A stretch of 64,000 nt of DNA from Mytilus californianus (Eukaryota). Positions 40,501-51,790 of this stretch are shown piece after piece. The stretch spans positions 15,996,001-16,060,000 of the forward strand of contig NW_026262604.1 of NCBI RefSeq assembly GCF_021869535.1, given 5' to 3'. Made by a program: the position numbers and the translations under genes. Numbering within the stretch: the stretch's first letter is position 1; every line of letters starts with the position of its first letter. The notes beneath the pieces are model-generated. The model worked only from the letters and a program-made list of their open reading frames with translations. It was not told where the DNA came from and ran no database searches.

Positions 40501-42027
40501 CCTTTTGTCGTAAATTTAAGTGTAGTGTTTCCCGTGTGGAACTGAAATATCTAAATCTAGGAAAGGATAGTTTTTACCGTTTATACTTGATTTATTCAAA
40601 ATAAGTTCCTTTGGGTAAATTTCGGTAGTATATTTAGAAAATTCATGATTATTTAACGAAAAAACATCATCTAGATAACGATATGTGTTGTTAAATTTAT
40701 CAATTAAATGCAATTAAGACGGGTCTTTACTGAGTTTGGTCATAAACAGTGACTCATAACAGTACAAGAACAAGTCTGCTTGCTATTAAAGGGGCGCATG
40801 CTTGCTATTAAAGGGGCGCAATTGGTGCCCATAGGAATACCTACAACCTGTAGATAAACTTTATTGCCGAAACGTACATAAATATTATTTAGGAGAACAT
40901 TATCAAGTATGCGCTAGGTAAATAATGATATGTTCTATCAGGTACAAGTATGCTCTAGGTAAATAATAAAATGTTATGATAGCTTAAAATATACTTCAGG
41001 TAAACATTAATATATTCTATTAGGTACAAGTATGCTCTAGGTAAATAATAAAATGTTATGTTAGGTAAAATTATACTTCTGGTAAATAATAACATGTTCT
41101 ATAAGGTGCAAATATTCTTCAAGTATAATAATAGCACTTCTATTAAGTAGACGTACTATTAAACAGTTTACAAAATTTCGTGCGCTCAATACGCTTTTTT
41201 CTGGCTTTACCTTCACGAGGAACGCTCAAATCGAAACAAGGCAAATTTAAAAATGGGAAGTCCATAAAACGGACAAAATGAAACGCTATCAATCAACGGA
41301 ACAAGTGAAAACAACTTCCATATTCCTAACTTGGTACAGGTATTTTCCGAAGAAAATGGTGCGTTTAACCTGGGTAGCTAGGTAAACCTCTCACTTGTAT
41401 GACAATTGTTTATAATTCCGTTATATTGACAAAATTGGGTAAGCAACCAAAACAGACATAATAGGTTAATGTGACAATAATTGTCAATTGGGATATATGC
41501 ACACTAGCATCCCCTCATTTCGAATAAAAATGCGATATTCATAAAACAGTTATTGTAACTAAAAACAAATACATTTATCAAATAAATGCAACTGTAATAC
41601 TATGAATAAGATAACTCAAAATTTGAATCTTCATGAATATATCGAATTTGGATCTTTTTGTCTTCTCTTTTATAATGCATTAAGTAGCGAAAATATGGTC
41701 GCCTTGCAGTCGGCTAAAAAATATTTAACGCGAACATAAGTTGGTTTTCATTTTGCTGATAGCTATTTCTACAAAATGTTAAACTTTCCACGATATATGT
41801 ATTTATATTTTTTTTTGTTTTTTTAGAAAGCTATTGGACATTATTCCTTTCTACCATTCACTGGATTTCTTGCGATTTTCTGGGTATTTTTATTAAAATA
41901 TCTACCAGAAACGAAGAACAAAACAATAGAAGAGATATCATCTCAATGGGAGAGAAAACCCAAAGAGGGCTACATAGCAACGGAGGACACAGGACTAGTA
42001 CTCTTTAAGACAAAATCTACATTATAA
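28592..42027 (+). CDS. Glut1: Facilitated hexose transporter, invertebrate Glut1 / SLC2A class I-like, 12 coding exons, 513 aa
   Basis: Exons 28592-28666, 29031-29126, 29808-29968, 30645-30769, 31496-31666, 32273-32380, 34453-34541, 36487-36585, 37298-37510, 37933-38008, 38833-38960, 41827-42027, all GT-AG and in frame. Sugar-porter motifs: [33 protein letters not shown]...[67 protein letters not shown]. The first coding exon has an acceptor at 28541-28542, so an upstream UTR exon must exist. Confidence 0.95.
33105..33460 (-). repeat. Dominant dispersed repeat copy in Glut1 intron 6
   Basis: Reverse-complement copy, followed by a degenerate hammerhead-bearing repeat at 33500-33620. Confidence 0.85.
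36630..36860 (+). repeat. Dominant dispersed repeat copy in Glut1 intron 8
   Basis: tgtacataaattaggccgttag...ccacatcttctt. Confidence 0.85.
36922..37194. mobile_element. MITE with TTAA target duplication and purine termini (Kolobok-like) in Glut1 intron 8
   Basis: ttaa-ggtggtac...gtaccacc-ttaa, with TTAA at 36918-36921 and 37195-37198. Confidence 0.65.
38510..38820. repeat. Degenerate ~20-bp minisatellite just upstream of Glut1 exon 11
   Basis: Recurrent tagtaaaatatt...tcaat core. Confidence 0.75.
39350..39990 (-). repeat. Dominant dispersed repeat copy contiguous with the RT remnant
   Basis: It directly follows the RT C-terminus on the same strand. Confidence 0.8.
39990..40890 (-). mobile_element. 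Degenerate Penelope-like retroelement reverse transcriptase remnant in Glut1 intron 11
   Basis: Frameshifted pieces read [67 protein letters not shown] and a downstream C-terminal segment. GxPMG and xLDD are RT core motifs. Confidence 0.8.
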
Positions 42028-44539
42028 TTGTATTGCTAGCATTATTGTATTTTGAGTGAAAAAATTACAAACTGTAAAGTGATTAAACGGAGGACACAGG
42101 ATTTGTCGACTTTAAGTCTAATTCTACACAATATAATTGCACGCTTTATTAAGTTGAACGATACGCTAAGTTTATAGTTTTCTTTAACTCAATCAATTTT
42201 ACATGATTGGGATTTGTATATACAGCAACGTAATTTAGGGTAATCCTTTTTAGGAAAATTGAAATTGTAATATTGAGTTTTTATTATATATTTAATATTC
42301 GCAATATGCATGTAATACAAAATTTTGAATAACGTGTGAGTATTGACTCAGAGATTTTGTTTTAAAAAGAACGTTTCAGTTTACTTAAGTTACTATTTAA
42401 ACTGAGCTCGATCATGTGTCATTTATCTGTACCCCTATTTTTGACCTATTATGTCTGTTTGTTTTGTTCACACAATGGAATTTTATGCAACTGTCATACA
42501 AGTGAGAGGTTTAGCTAGCTATAAAACCAGCTTTAATCCACCATTTTCTACATAAGGAAATGCCTGTACCAAGTCAGGAATATGACAATTGTTTTCCATT
42601 CGTTTGATGAGTTTGAGCTTTTGATTTTGCCATTTTATAAGGGACTTTCCGATTTGATTTCCTTGGAGTTCGGTATTTTTGTTATTTTTTTATCAAGTAA
42701 TGACATCAGGATGGCTACCATTTATTTGTTGGATCTATTTTTCTGTAATTTTTTGAATATGAACAAATATTTAAAAGTGTTTATGCTAATCATTGAAATG
42801 TCATTGTATATTGCTTGCTTAAAACGTATATACCTGTATGTAAAAGGTCACACTCGGAACCAAAGAAAAATGACCTCATAAGAGAGGTGACTTTTCAATT
42901 GAGGGTCAAAATGCCTAGATATTTTTACAACATGACATGAAAGGGGTAACCTGGCCTGACAGTTTTGTGGCTTAATAGAGGTGACATATATAGCATGTTT
43001 GACTATACATTGTCTTTCATTTTTGCTTATCTGCTTTGTCTATATGACATTTTGTTTTTCTTTTTTGACATATTTGTTGGCTTTTATAGTGATTAAGATT
43101 ATAACACAATGCTGACTGCTGTACCCCTATTTTTGACATTTTTACCTATTATGTCTGTTTGTTTTGTTCACACATTGTTGTCAATATAATGGAATTTTAT
43201 GCGACTGGCATACAAATGAGAGGTTTAGCTGGCTATAAAACCAGGTTTAATCCACCATTTTCTACATAAGGAAATACCTGTACCAAGTCAGGAATATGAC
43301 ATTTGTTTTCCTTTCGTTTGGTGTGTTTGAGCTTTTGATTTTGCCATTTGATAAGGGACTTTCCGATTTGAATTTTCCTTGGAGTTCGGTATTTTTGTTA
43401 TTTTACCTTTTTATGCCCCTGCCGTAACGGTGGGGGCATTAAGTTTTACCCTTGTCCGTCTGTACGTACGTAAACCAAAATTGGTTTCCGTTCTCTAACT
43501 TGAGTTTGTCTCAACCAAATGTTATGAAACTTATACACAATGCTTATTACCACAAAACACAGATAAAGTTTAAATTTTGGTGGCATCACTTTAACCGTTC
43601 TAGAGGTATGCCCCTTTATAAATGGAAAAATTGCAAAATTTTTAGTTTCCGTTCTCTAGCTTAATTTTATATACCATAAAGAAACGCAAATGTCTATGTC
43701 ATATTCAAACTAACTGGGCTGATTTAAATGTTTCAATTTGATTCTAAATACAATGCATAAGTTAGGTAACTTTACTTTAACAAACTATTCACTCAAACAC
43801 AGTCAACATTAGACGTTTTATGCTGTTTTGTTTATGCCTGTTGGTTTGTACAATCACACACTTATATTTTGTGGTCTCTAATACAGAATCTCCTGTCATG
43901 CACACGGAAATTGGTACCGTGTGTAAATCTGCTCAAACAGAGTTATGAGGAGGAATGACCAAAATTGACATTACACAAGTTTTACGGTCACCATCACAAA
44001 TTGGTTTCCAGTCTCCGGTCTCGCTTTTTTTAAGTTCATGCAATTCTATCATTTTTTCCACTGCATTGATTTGCATGTTCTTAATCGTTTTAAGAGATTT
44101 GAACATCGGAAAATACTGTTGCCTTTTTTCTGAATGAGGTAGAACTTTATTAGAATGGTAGCAAAGACGAAGATGCTATTGTTCCAACAACTTTGTTATT
44201 TATGTTTTTGGTTATCAACTATTTATATTTATTTGTGATAAAACATATTGAAATATTTGAATGTTATTTGTATAGTTCTTACAATATTTAATTAAAGCAC
44301 TGTTCTGGTTATTTATATGTTGAAGTTGATAAATAACAATTATAAACTGAATATAACATTTTGACAGGTTGTAAAATAGATTTTTTAAATTGACTTTGTT
44401 TTGTTTCCAATATTCAAAGCGAAAACTGTTGTCTTTTTATTATTATTTTATTGTTTTTATTTAGGGAATCGCCATTAGTGATATTGTCAATACATTTTTG
44501 ATAGTCCTTATTACATCTAACTTCTCAATTTCCTTGCTG

Positions 44540-44822
44540 TGTCTGTCCCAAGTCAGGAGCCTGTAATTCAGTGGTTGTCGTTTGTTTCTGTGTATCATAT
44601 TTGTTTTTCGTTCATATTTTGTACATAAATTAGGCCGTTAGTTTTCTCGTATGAATTGTTTTACATTGGTCATTTCGGGGCCTTTTATAGCTGACTATGC
44701 GGTATGGGTTTTGCTCATTGTTGAAGGCCGTACGGTGACCTATAGTTGTTAATTTCTGTGTCATTTGGTCTCTTGTGGAGAGTTGTCTCGTTGGCAATTA
44801 TACCACATCTTCTTATTTTTAT
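44540..44822 (+). repeat. Dominant dispersed repeat copy
   Basis: ctgtcccaagtcaggagcctg...ccacatcttctt. Confidence 0.85.
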
Positions 44823-45764
44823 ATTATCTGTACGAATTAGAGCTCTATATATTGTATTGACACTTGTCTTTTTTTTAAAACCGCATGTTGCCCTCCTGCT
44901 AATGTTAGCAAAATGATAAAGTGTACCTATTCATGACACAAGATCCCTCTTTCTTCTTGATGACACGAGAAGCAAATGAACAATGCTTTAATAGTTGTTC
45001 TTCATTTTCCAAGTACCGACGAGGCCTCGAAATTATGTCTTTGTTGTTCATTTACGTTATTTTATTGCTATCCCATTGACAATTTTTCGCTTCTAACGAG
45101 TCCGTCGTTTTCTTTTTAAAATGTTTGATACAGAATCGGAAATATAAGGTATTCTTCGATGATCCAGGAAAGCTGTGTGGTCACTTTTATTGTATGTTTA
45201 GTTTAACATATGAACAATTTCCTTGACCTGCCAAAAATTGATAAGTTTGTTTCATTAATATAACCGTCTTTCAATAATATCAACTGTTTACAAAACTTTG
45301 AATTTTTCGAAATACGAAGGATTTTCTACCCAAGGAATAGTCGACCTTAGTTAAATTTGGAAAAAACCCTTTGGAAAGTTTGGCCTCAATTCTCTTCAAT
45401 TTCGTACTTTATTTGTCCTATGAACTGTTTTGATTAAAGCGAATCTGATGAGGCTTTTGTAAACCAAATTATTATAAGCCTGGTATCTTTGAAGTGTTTT
45501 CTTAGAAGACGTTATGAAAGAAAACATATACTAGTACTTTAAATACAGTGAGGACAACAGAATTTCTACTACTAGTCTCCCCTAGTTCATGATCTTAATC
45601 TCCTAGGATAGTTATCTGTCGAAAAACCTTCGTGTCTCGATAGATGAAAATAATACATTGGTATGCGAAAAGAGAGATATTTTCCTTCGTATCCTATGTA
45701 TTTTTGCAATGTAAATCTTTATAAAGGGGATGAGATTCGCAGAGGACAATCAAAATAAGTTGAT

Positions 45765-46075
45765 TGATCGGTTGATTGATCGGTTGATTGATGGTTATTG
45801 AGGCCGTCTTGGATGAAGGTCGGGAAATTTGGACTGCTACTTGAAAAGGAGATTAATGCTATATTGGTTAGGGACGGCAATCATGCTACGGACCCCTCAA
45901 AGAGTTGTTGCCCTCGTTTCTAAATTTGCAAAGAACGTGGCGCTCTCTCTACACGAGGCATAGGATTTAACGTCCCCATTCAGACCTGACGTAGCTGCTT
46001 ATTTATACATCCCGCACAGTCAAACGGATGCTCCACTTTGACCATTTTCTATTCCCCAGTCTTACTTGGCGATAA
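45765..46075 (-). mobile_element. Degenerate copy of the same SINE-like family
   Basis: Shares acggacccctcaaagagttgttg...acacgaggcat...aacgtccccatt and a ttgattgat tail with the 62908 copy. Confidence 0.6.
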
Positions 46076-47322
46076 TTCGAAGCAACACACATACAACACC
46101 ATGATAGACAAACAAATGACCACTAAAGACCACAGAAAATCCATAAATTGTCAGAAATAGAAACCCAACAAAAAATTGACATCTTTTTCTCAACCTAATA
46201 ATGATATGAAGCATGATAAAATCCCAGTTTCGATATGAGGGCTTAATGAGTTAACAATTACGTCATATTTATTAAAGGCACGGGAAATCAATCGACTTCA
46301 ATTAAATCCAATTTACGGATAAAATCATTTGAGCAAAAGACTAGACATTCAACATTAATGTCTCTGAATAATTGTTTTTATTCTCTCTATGGATTTCCTT
46401 ATGTTCAAAGTTGTAAGTACAGACAAGTCACCACATTCTTCCTGGAAAAAAAATGATATGTCACAACTTTAAGGAATCTCTTTGTATTTGTTAAATGAAA
46501 CAAAATTGCAATACTAGCTCGTAAATATAAAGTTATTATGAGAAATTAAAGAATAGAAAATATGTATGCTCTCAATTCAAGGGAAATGTGTTGTTATTTT
46601 TTTTTTTTTATCTCATATTCTTTTTTTTTTACCAAAACTGTAAAAACTTTTATTCTATAAAGTAACTAAAGTTTATTATTGAATTAAAGGTCAATACGTC
46701 TGATTAGGTATACGTTTCATTTCATTCTTCGTACCCCAAATGAAAATGAAGTCACGTCATTGGTAAAATTTAAACATTTCCACGGGGTCGAGGTTTTAGC
46801 CAACCAAAACGTTTTGGTGCATGCTTTTGAAAATATTTCACAGAATGCATTAGATTCTGAAACGGCAGATTGTTTAACGTGCGAACTCTTAATTCATTCA
46901 TTTACTTTAAGGATGTTCACTACTTTTGTTTCTTTTCTCTTTTTGGCAGATATTCGGAATCCTCCAGTTTCATCCATGTAGTGCCAATTTAAATTTTGCA
47001 CACTAACCCCTACTTTTCTTTTCATAATTTTATTACATCTAGTTTAAAAAGCCATTTTTTAAAATCTTATAAAATCCTTGTGATTTTTTCATGGTTTTAA
47101 ATGAAAAAAAGTTCCAATGTTTAATGTATGTAAAATCTAGAGAGAATCATTTCCCGCAAAATTTTCAATTGATTATATGTCAAAAACCAGGACACGAACA
47201 TGTATTTTTTCTGCATTTAAGTTCCGTTATTCATATATTATCAATTTATAACAGTCTTTTAAAAAGCTTTTTATTTTGAAACAGAGAAGCGAACATCCTT
47301 AAATGCGCTGAAATTAGCTTAC

Positions 47323-50300
47323 CTATCTTCTTCTCCTGTTATGAATCTCACTCTTGCATATGCAGAAGGTACAATCCGAGGGATCGACTAGATATTTCCC
47401 GTTACATTTAGCACTGCAGATCTGTCTGGCAATGATGCAGTCTTGACTGACTGTAGATCCCATGGTTGTAGGAGCTGGTGTTTGTGTCGTCGGCTGGTTT
47501 GTGGTTGTCTGTGCTTGCATTGTTGTTGTAGGTGGTGCTTTGATAATAAAAGTGTGAAACGTGGTGTCATTTCGGGGCCTTTTATAGCTGACTACGCGAT
47601 ATGGGTTTTGCTAATTGTTGAAGGCGTACGGTGAACTATAAATGTTAATTTTTATGTTATTTGGTCTCGGGTGGAGAGTTTTCTCATTGGCAATCATACC
47701 ACATCTTCTTTTTTTATAATAAGTATAAATGAAATACGAATTCGTTTTTGCTTTTGATACTTTAGTACTTTAATATTACACATTAATATTAGTACCGTCG
47801 AGGTTGAAGGGTGTTCCGTCCCGAGATTACCCGACTGATGTTCGTCATTATAATATATTCAACAATTGATCCGCGACGAGAAACTGTTAATATGAAAAGT
47901 TGTTGAGTTTTCCTTAATTAGGTTTGGCTTTATTTTATAGTCTTTTGGGGTTAATTCAGCTCCAATGTTTGTTCTAAGTTTCTGGGCCCATACAAGTTTG
48001 ACCCCTAGCCCGAGGGAAAGGACATTGTTTGTCTTGATGCGCTTAGGTGTATTTGATTTGGTACAACTGAATAGAAACTTCTGTGTCAGAAACAGTGATA
48101 CATATCCATTTTAATATCAATATAGAAAAATGCAGTTACCTATTGAACGTCTCAGATTCATTGGTCAACGTTTTGTCTACTAAAGTTACGTTAAGTTTAT
48201 TTCACCTATTCAGTATTTGCTCTTTTTGTGAGTACAGTTATATATATCACAGTGTGAAGAGAACAATATTTTACGTGTCCAAACACACATCTGGTAGTAC
48301 TTTCTGTGTGTTGACATACCTTTCTGTAGTACTCTTTACATGGTATCTTACCTTGTGTAGTACTTGCTTCATGGTGTACATTTGCACACATGCAGAACTC
48401 ACATCCGCTGCCACCTTTGACAAATTCCTCACATTTTAGAGGACAATTGGACTGTGTAGGTATGCAAGGATTGTGTATGGTGTGGTAAGCAGTCCCATGG
48501 TCTGGTCCTGTTAACACTGCAGTGGCTATTAATAGTAGAAGATAAAAATTCTAGTGCAACATGACACGTCCTTTGGTCTCTGGTAGATAGTGGTATCCTC
48601 TAATGTTAACTTAATAACTCATTTTTTCACTTTTGTGTAAACGTTACAATGTAACAAAAACTTAGATTCAACTGACGAGAGTTAAGCCTGGGAATCCTCA
48701 TTTTGTTTAGCTTTGTTGTGAATTTTTTTGATAAATTTTGTTTAATCAAGTCACATAGAAATGCGTCAAACTTTAAAAGGATCAACATAAGAAATGCGTC
48801 AAACATTAAAAGGATCAACATAAGAAATGCGTCAAACTTTAAAAGGATCAACATAAGAAATGCGTCAAACTTTATATAGAATAGAGAATGGAAACGTGGA
48901 ATGTGTCAAATAATAACATTAATGGTACCAATTTTTCTGCACCCGATGCGCATTTCGACAATAACTGTCTCATCAGTGATGCGTTAGGGCCAAAATATTT
49001 GAAAATCCATAGCTTAATAAAAAGATGAAGAGCTTTAATCCAAAAAGAACAAAAGAGACCACAACACGACCATAGAGCAGAATACAGCCCAATGCCACCA
49101 ATGGGTCCTCAACGCAGCGAGAAAACCTCGCACCCGGAGGCAGGCTACAGTTGGCCCCTAAAATAATGTTTACCAGTTCAGAAAAATGGACGCCACACTA
49201 AACTCCGAAACATACAAATATCATGTCTATTTACGTGTGTGCAAAGAACAATTGTTTTATCAGCACATACTAAAAAGATCAAAATAGCGTTTTGCTAATA
49301 AAAAGTTTTCCACAAATTTACGATATACATACCTCCATCGCCTTTACAATGGCAAACATTACACCCACTGCCGTCCTTTTCGTAGGTTAAACATTGTAGG
49401 CTGCAGTATCTATTCAGAGGTATACACATGTGACCTCCTGGGCCGAAGATATGACCTCCGCCTCCATCTCCAAATAGCCAGCCTTGGGCAGAACACACTT
49501 AATAAACAAGATCAAAATATAAATTTAACAAAGAAAACAAAACAGTAAGAATGAGATACACAAATTGGACAAAACGGACTTGATAATTAAACAAGACAAT
49601 AATATAAATTAAGAAAAAATACATTTCATAAGCAAGAGAACAGAACTTGTTTATTAATAAGTGTTAAGCACGCAAACTTATACCAGGAAATACGAGGATC
49701 TATTTAAGTATACATTTGTTATTTGGGTGCTAGCATTTTCAAACAATAATTTGATGTACAATGTTATTCTGTGTTTGATATAAAGGGAAACATATCGAAT
49801 TGGCAGGGTGGGAGAAAAGCTCTTTTATTGATAAAAAATGATTAAAAACCAAAACTGTGGAAAGCCATAAAGGTATAAAATTATTTCGAAATAATACGGC
49901 AAACAATAAACTCATCAAAGATACCAGTCTTATAATTTGTTACGGCAGAAGCGCGTTTCGACAACATAAGACTCGTCAGTGGCGCTCGAATTAAAAACGT
50001 TCGAAGGCCGAATCAAATTCAAAGTCGAAGAGCATCTAAAACCGAACGTTCCGAAAAGCCGTGTTTTTCAAAAAACGATAATTTAACATACTAGTAATTT
50101 AGAAAGCATAGTCACAATGCGCTCTCAACTTCAGGAAGCTATTTTAGGTAGCCACAGATGTTAGTTGAATACCTCTGCTCACGAAAATACATTACATGCA
50201 TGTCAAAGGCTTTCAATGCATTATATTAATGACGTAAATACGACCGACAAGAAGTACAAAGGGTTATCTTTGCTATGAAAATGCCACATGAAAATACAGC

Positions 50301-50364
50301 AAGACTGCAATATATTGGAACGCCTACCTGAAACGAGTGCAGTTATAACCACAAGCAGTTCCAT
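47323..50364 (-). CDS. Secreted antistasin-like Cys-rich protein, paralog B (signal peptide + 3 modules with Thr-rich linker), about 196 aa
   Basis: Exons 50364-50328 (MELLVVITALVS), 49497-49333, 48525-48352, 47537-47323, with phase-1 junctions. Modules: CIPLNRYCSLQCLTYEKDGSGCNVCHC, CIPTQSNCPLKCEEFVKGGSGCEFCMC, CIIARQICSAKCNGKYLVDPSDCTFCIC. The spacing C-x6-C-x3-C-x9/10-C-x2-C-x-C fits the antistasin-type pattern. AATAAA (minus strand) lies at 47269-47274. Confidence 0.85.
47560..47715 (+). repeat. Dominant dispersed repeat, 5'-truncated copy
   Basis: gtcatttcggggccttttatagctgac...ccacatcttctt. Confidence 0.8.
48765..48872. repeat. 33-bp tandem repeat, about 3 copies
   Basis: aacataagaaatgcgtcaaactttaaaaggatc. 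Confidence 0.9.
48939..48982 (-). ncRNA. Minimal type-I hammerhead ribozyme motif, sense within intron 2 of antistasin-like paralog B
   Basis: Minus strand reads gcatca-CTGATGA-gaca(gttat)tgtc-GAAA-t-gcgc-ATC-gggtgc. Core intact, palindromic stem III atgcgcat, AUC triplet. Confidence 0.72.
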
Positions 50365-50844
50365 GTTCGTTGTATTGCTTTCTACATGGAATCACGAAAT
50401 ATTCTATGTATAGCCATAGGTTATCTGCTCTTTGACACCTGTCCTGGCTATCATTATTAATATATCTTATTACATTAAGATTACTATGATGCGAGGCAGG
50501 ACTATATCTTTTTGTCTATATTTAAACAAATTGTGTCACTTTCCCCTTTTGGAATTCGTTTTTCGGTTTAGTGTCTTTAAAGTACTTCCGGACTTTGGTC
50601 TGGTGATGTTTGATTTCTGAAAAAAAGACATGTTCCTCCGTAAAATAAACACATATTAGAGCACATGTTTAAAGTTACCCACGCTCTCATTAAAGAAATC
50701 AAAAACCTTAAACCTTTAAATCTACATTAATTACATTTTTTTTGGATAACTAAGTTACAAACGTTATTTGTTTTAAGTCTATGAACATTTTTTGGTTTAT
50801 GTTTAGAAATCTTAATTTGAATACTCTTATAAAATATGGTAAAA

Positions 50845-51142
50845 TAAGAATGTGTCCATAGTACACGGATGCCCCACACGCACTATCATTTTCTATGTTC
50901 AGTGGACCGTGAAATTGGGGTCAAAACTCTAATTTGGCATTAAAATTAGAAAGATCATATCAAAGGGAACAAGTGTACTAAGTTTCAAGTTGATTGGACT
51001 TCAACTTCATCACAAACTACCTTGACCAAAAACTTTAACCTGAAGCGGGACAGACAGACGAACGAACGGACGAACGAACGAACGAACAGACGCACAGACC
51101 GAAAAACATAATGCCCCTCTACTATCGTAGGTGGGGCATAAA
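50845..51142 (-). mobile_element. Helentron-associated non-autonomous element (HINE/DINE-1-like)
   Basis: atgcccc...ggggcat inverted repeat at one end, an adjacent (gaac/gacg)n microsatellite, a matching subterminal repeat at the other end, and a T-rich flank. Confidence 0.6.
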
Positions 51143-51639
51143 AATAACAAAACATGACAAAGAAAACTAAAGATTTAGCAACACGAATCCCATCAAATAC
51201 CGCGGGTAAACTCAGGTGCTCCGGAAAGGTTAGCAGTTCCTGTTCAATACGTGACTATGTGCATAAAAAGAAAGGAAATGATACTTCAAGTCGAACAAAA
51301 ACTTACAAAACCATGGGAAAAAGAAAATAGACGGAACAGAAAAATAACACCGCTAAAAATTTAGCAATCGAGATCCGTGTATGTATTCAGGTGTTCCCGG
51401 AAGGAGAACAAGATCCTACTCCACTATTGGCAATTGTCGCATTGCTATTTGCAAGTAAAAATCTGATGAAAGTCGAATTCATTGATGTTGTAAACCAGAA
51501 AAAAAAGGTTGGATTGAGGCTACAAGAAGTTGAACATATACGTTGGTATATGCGACACAGATATTTCAGAATGGTCAACTAAATTATGATGTGTCCATAA
51601 ATCTCGAAGAGTTGACTTCAATTTAACCTTGGTCAATTT

Positions 51640-51790
51640 CTGTCAGTCATAATATTATACAGATATAACTGTATCTGTGGTATCCATTTACTTAATTTGA
51701 ATGGAATAGACGCCGTCAACATAGTCACCAAACTTTGGATTACTTGCTAAAATGACTTTTATGTATCTAAACGTGAAACCAAAGGCTAAT
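51640..51790 (-). mobile_element. Short Penelope-like RT fragment
   Basis: IKVILASNPKFGDYVDGVYSIQIK resembles the segment after the RT xIDD motif. Confidence 0.45.

Noticed and set aside
48206-48351. Cys-containing ORF extension past the paralog B exon 3 donor (GKIPCKEYYRKVC...)
   Set aside because: Read-through into the intron; the alternative donor there is phase 0 and incompatible with the next exon.
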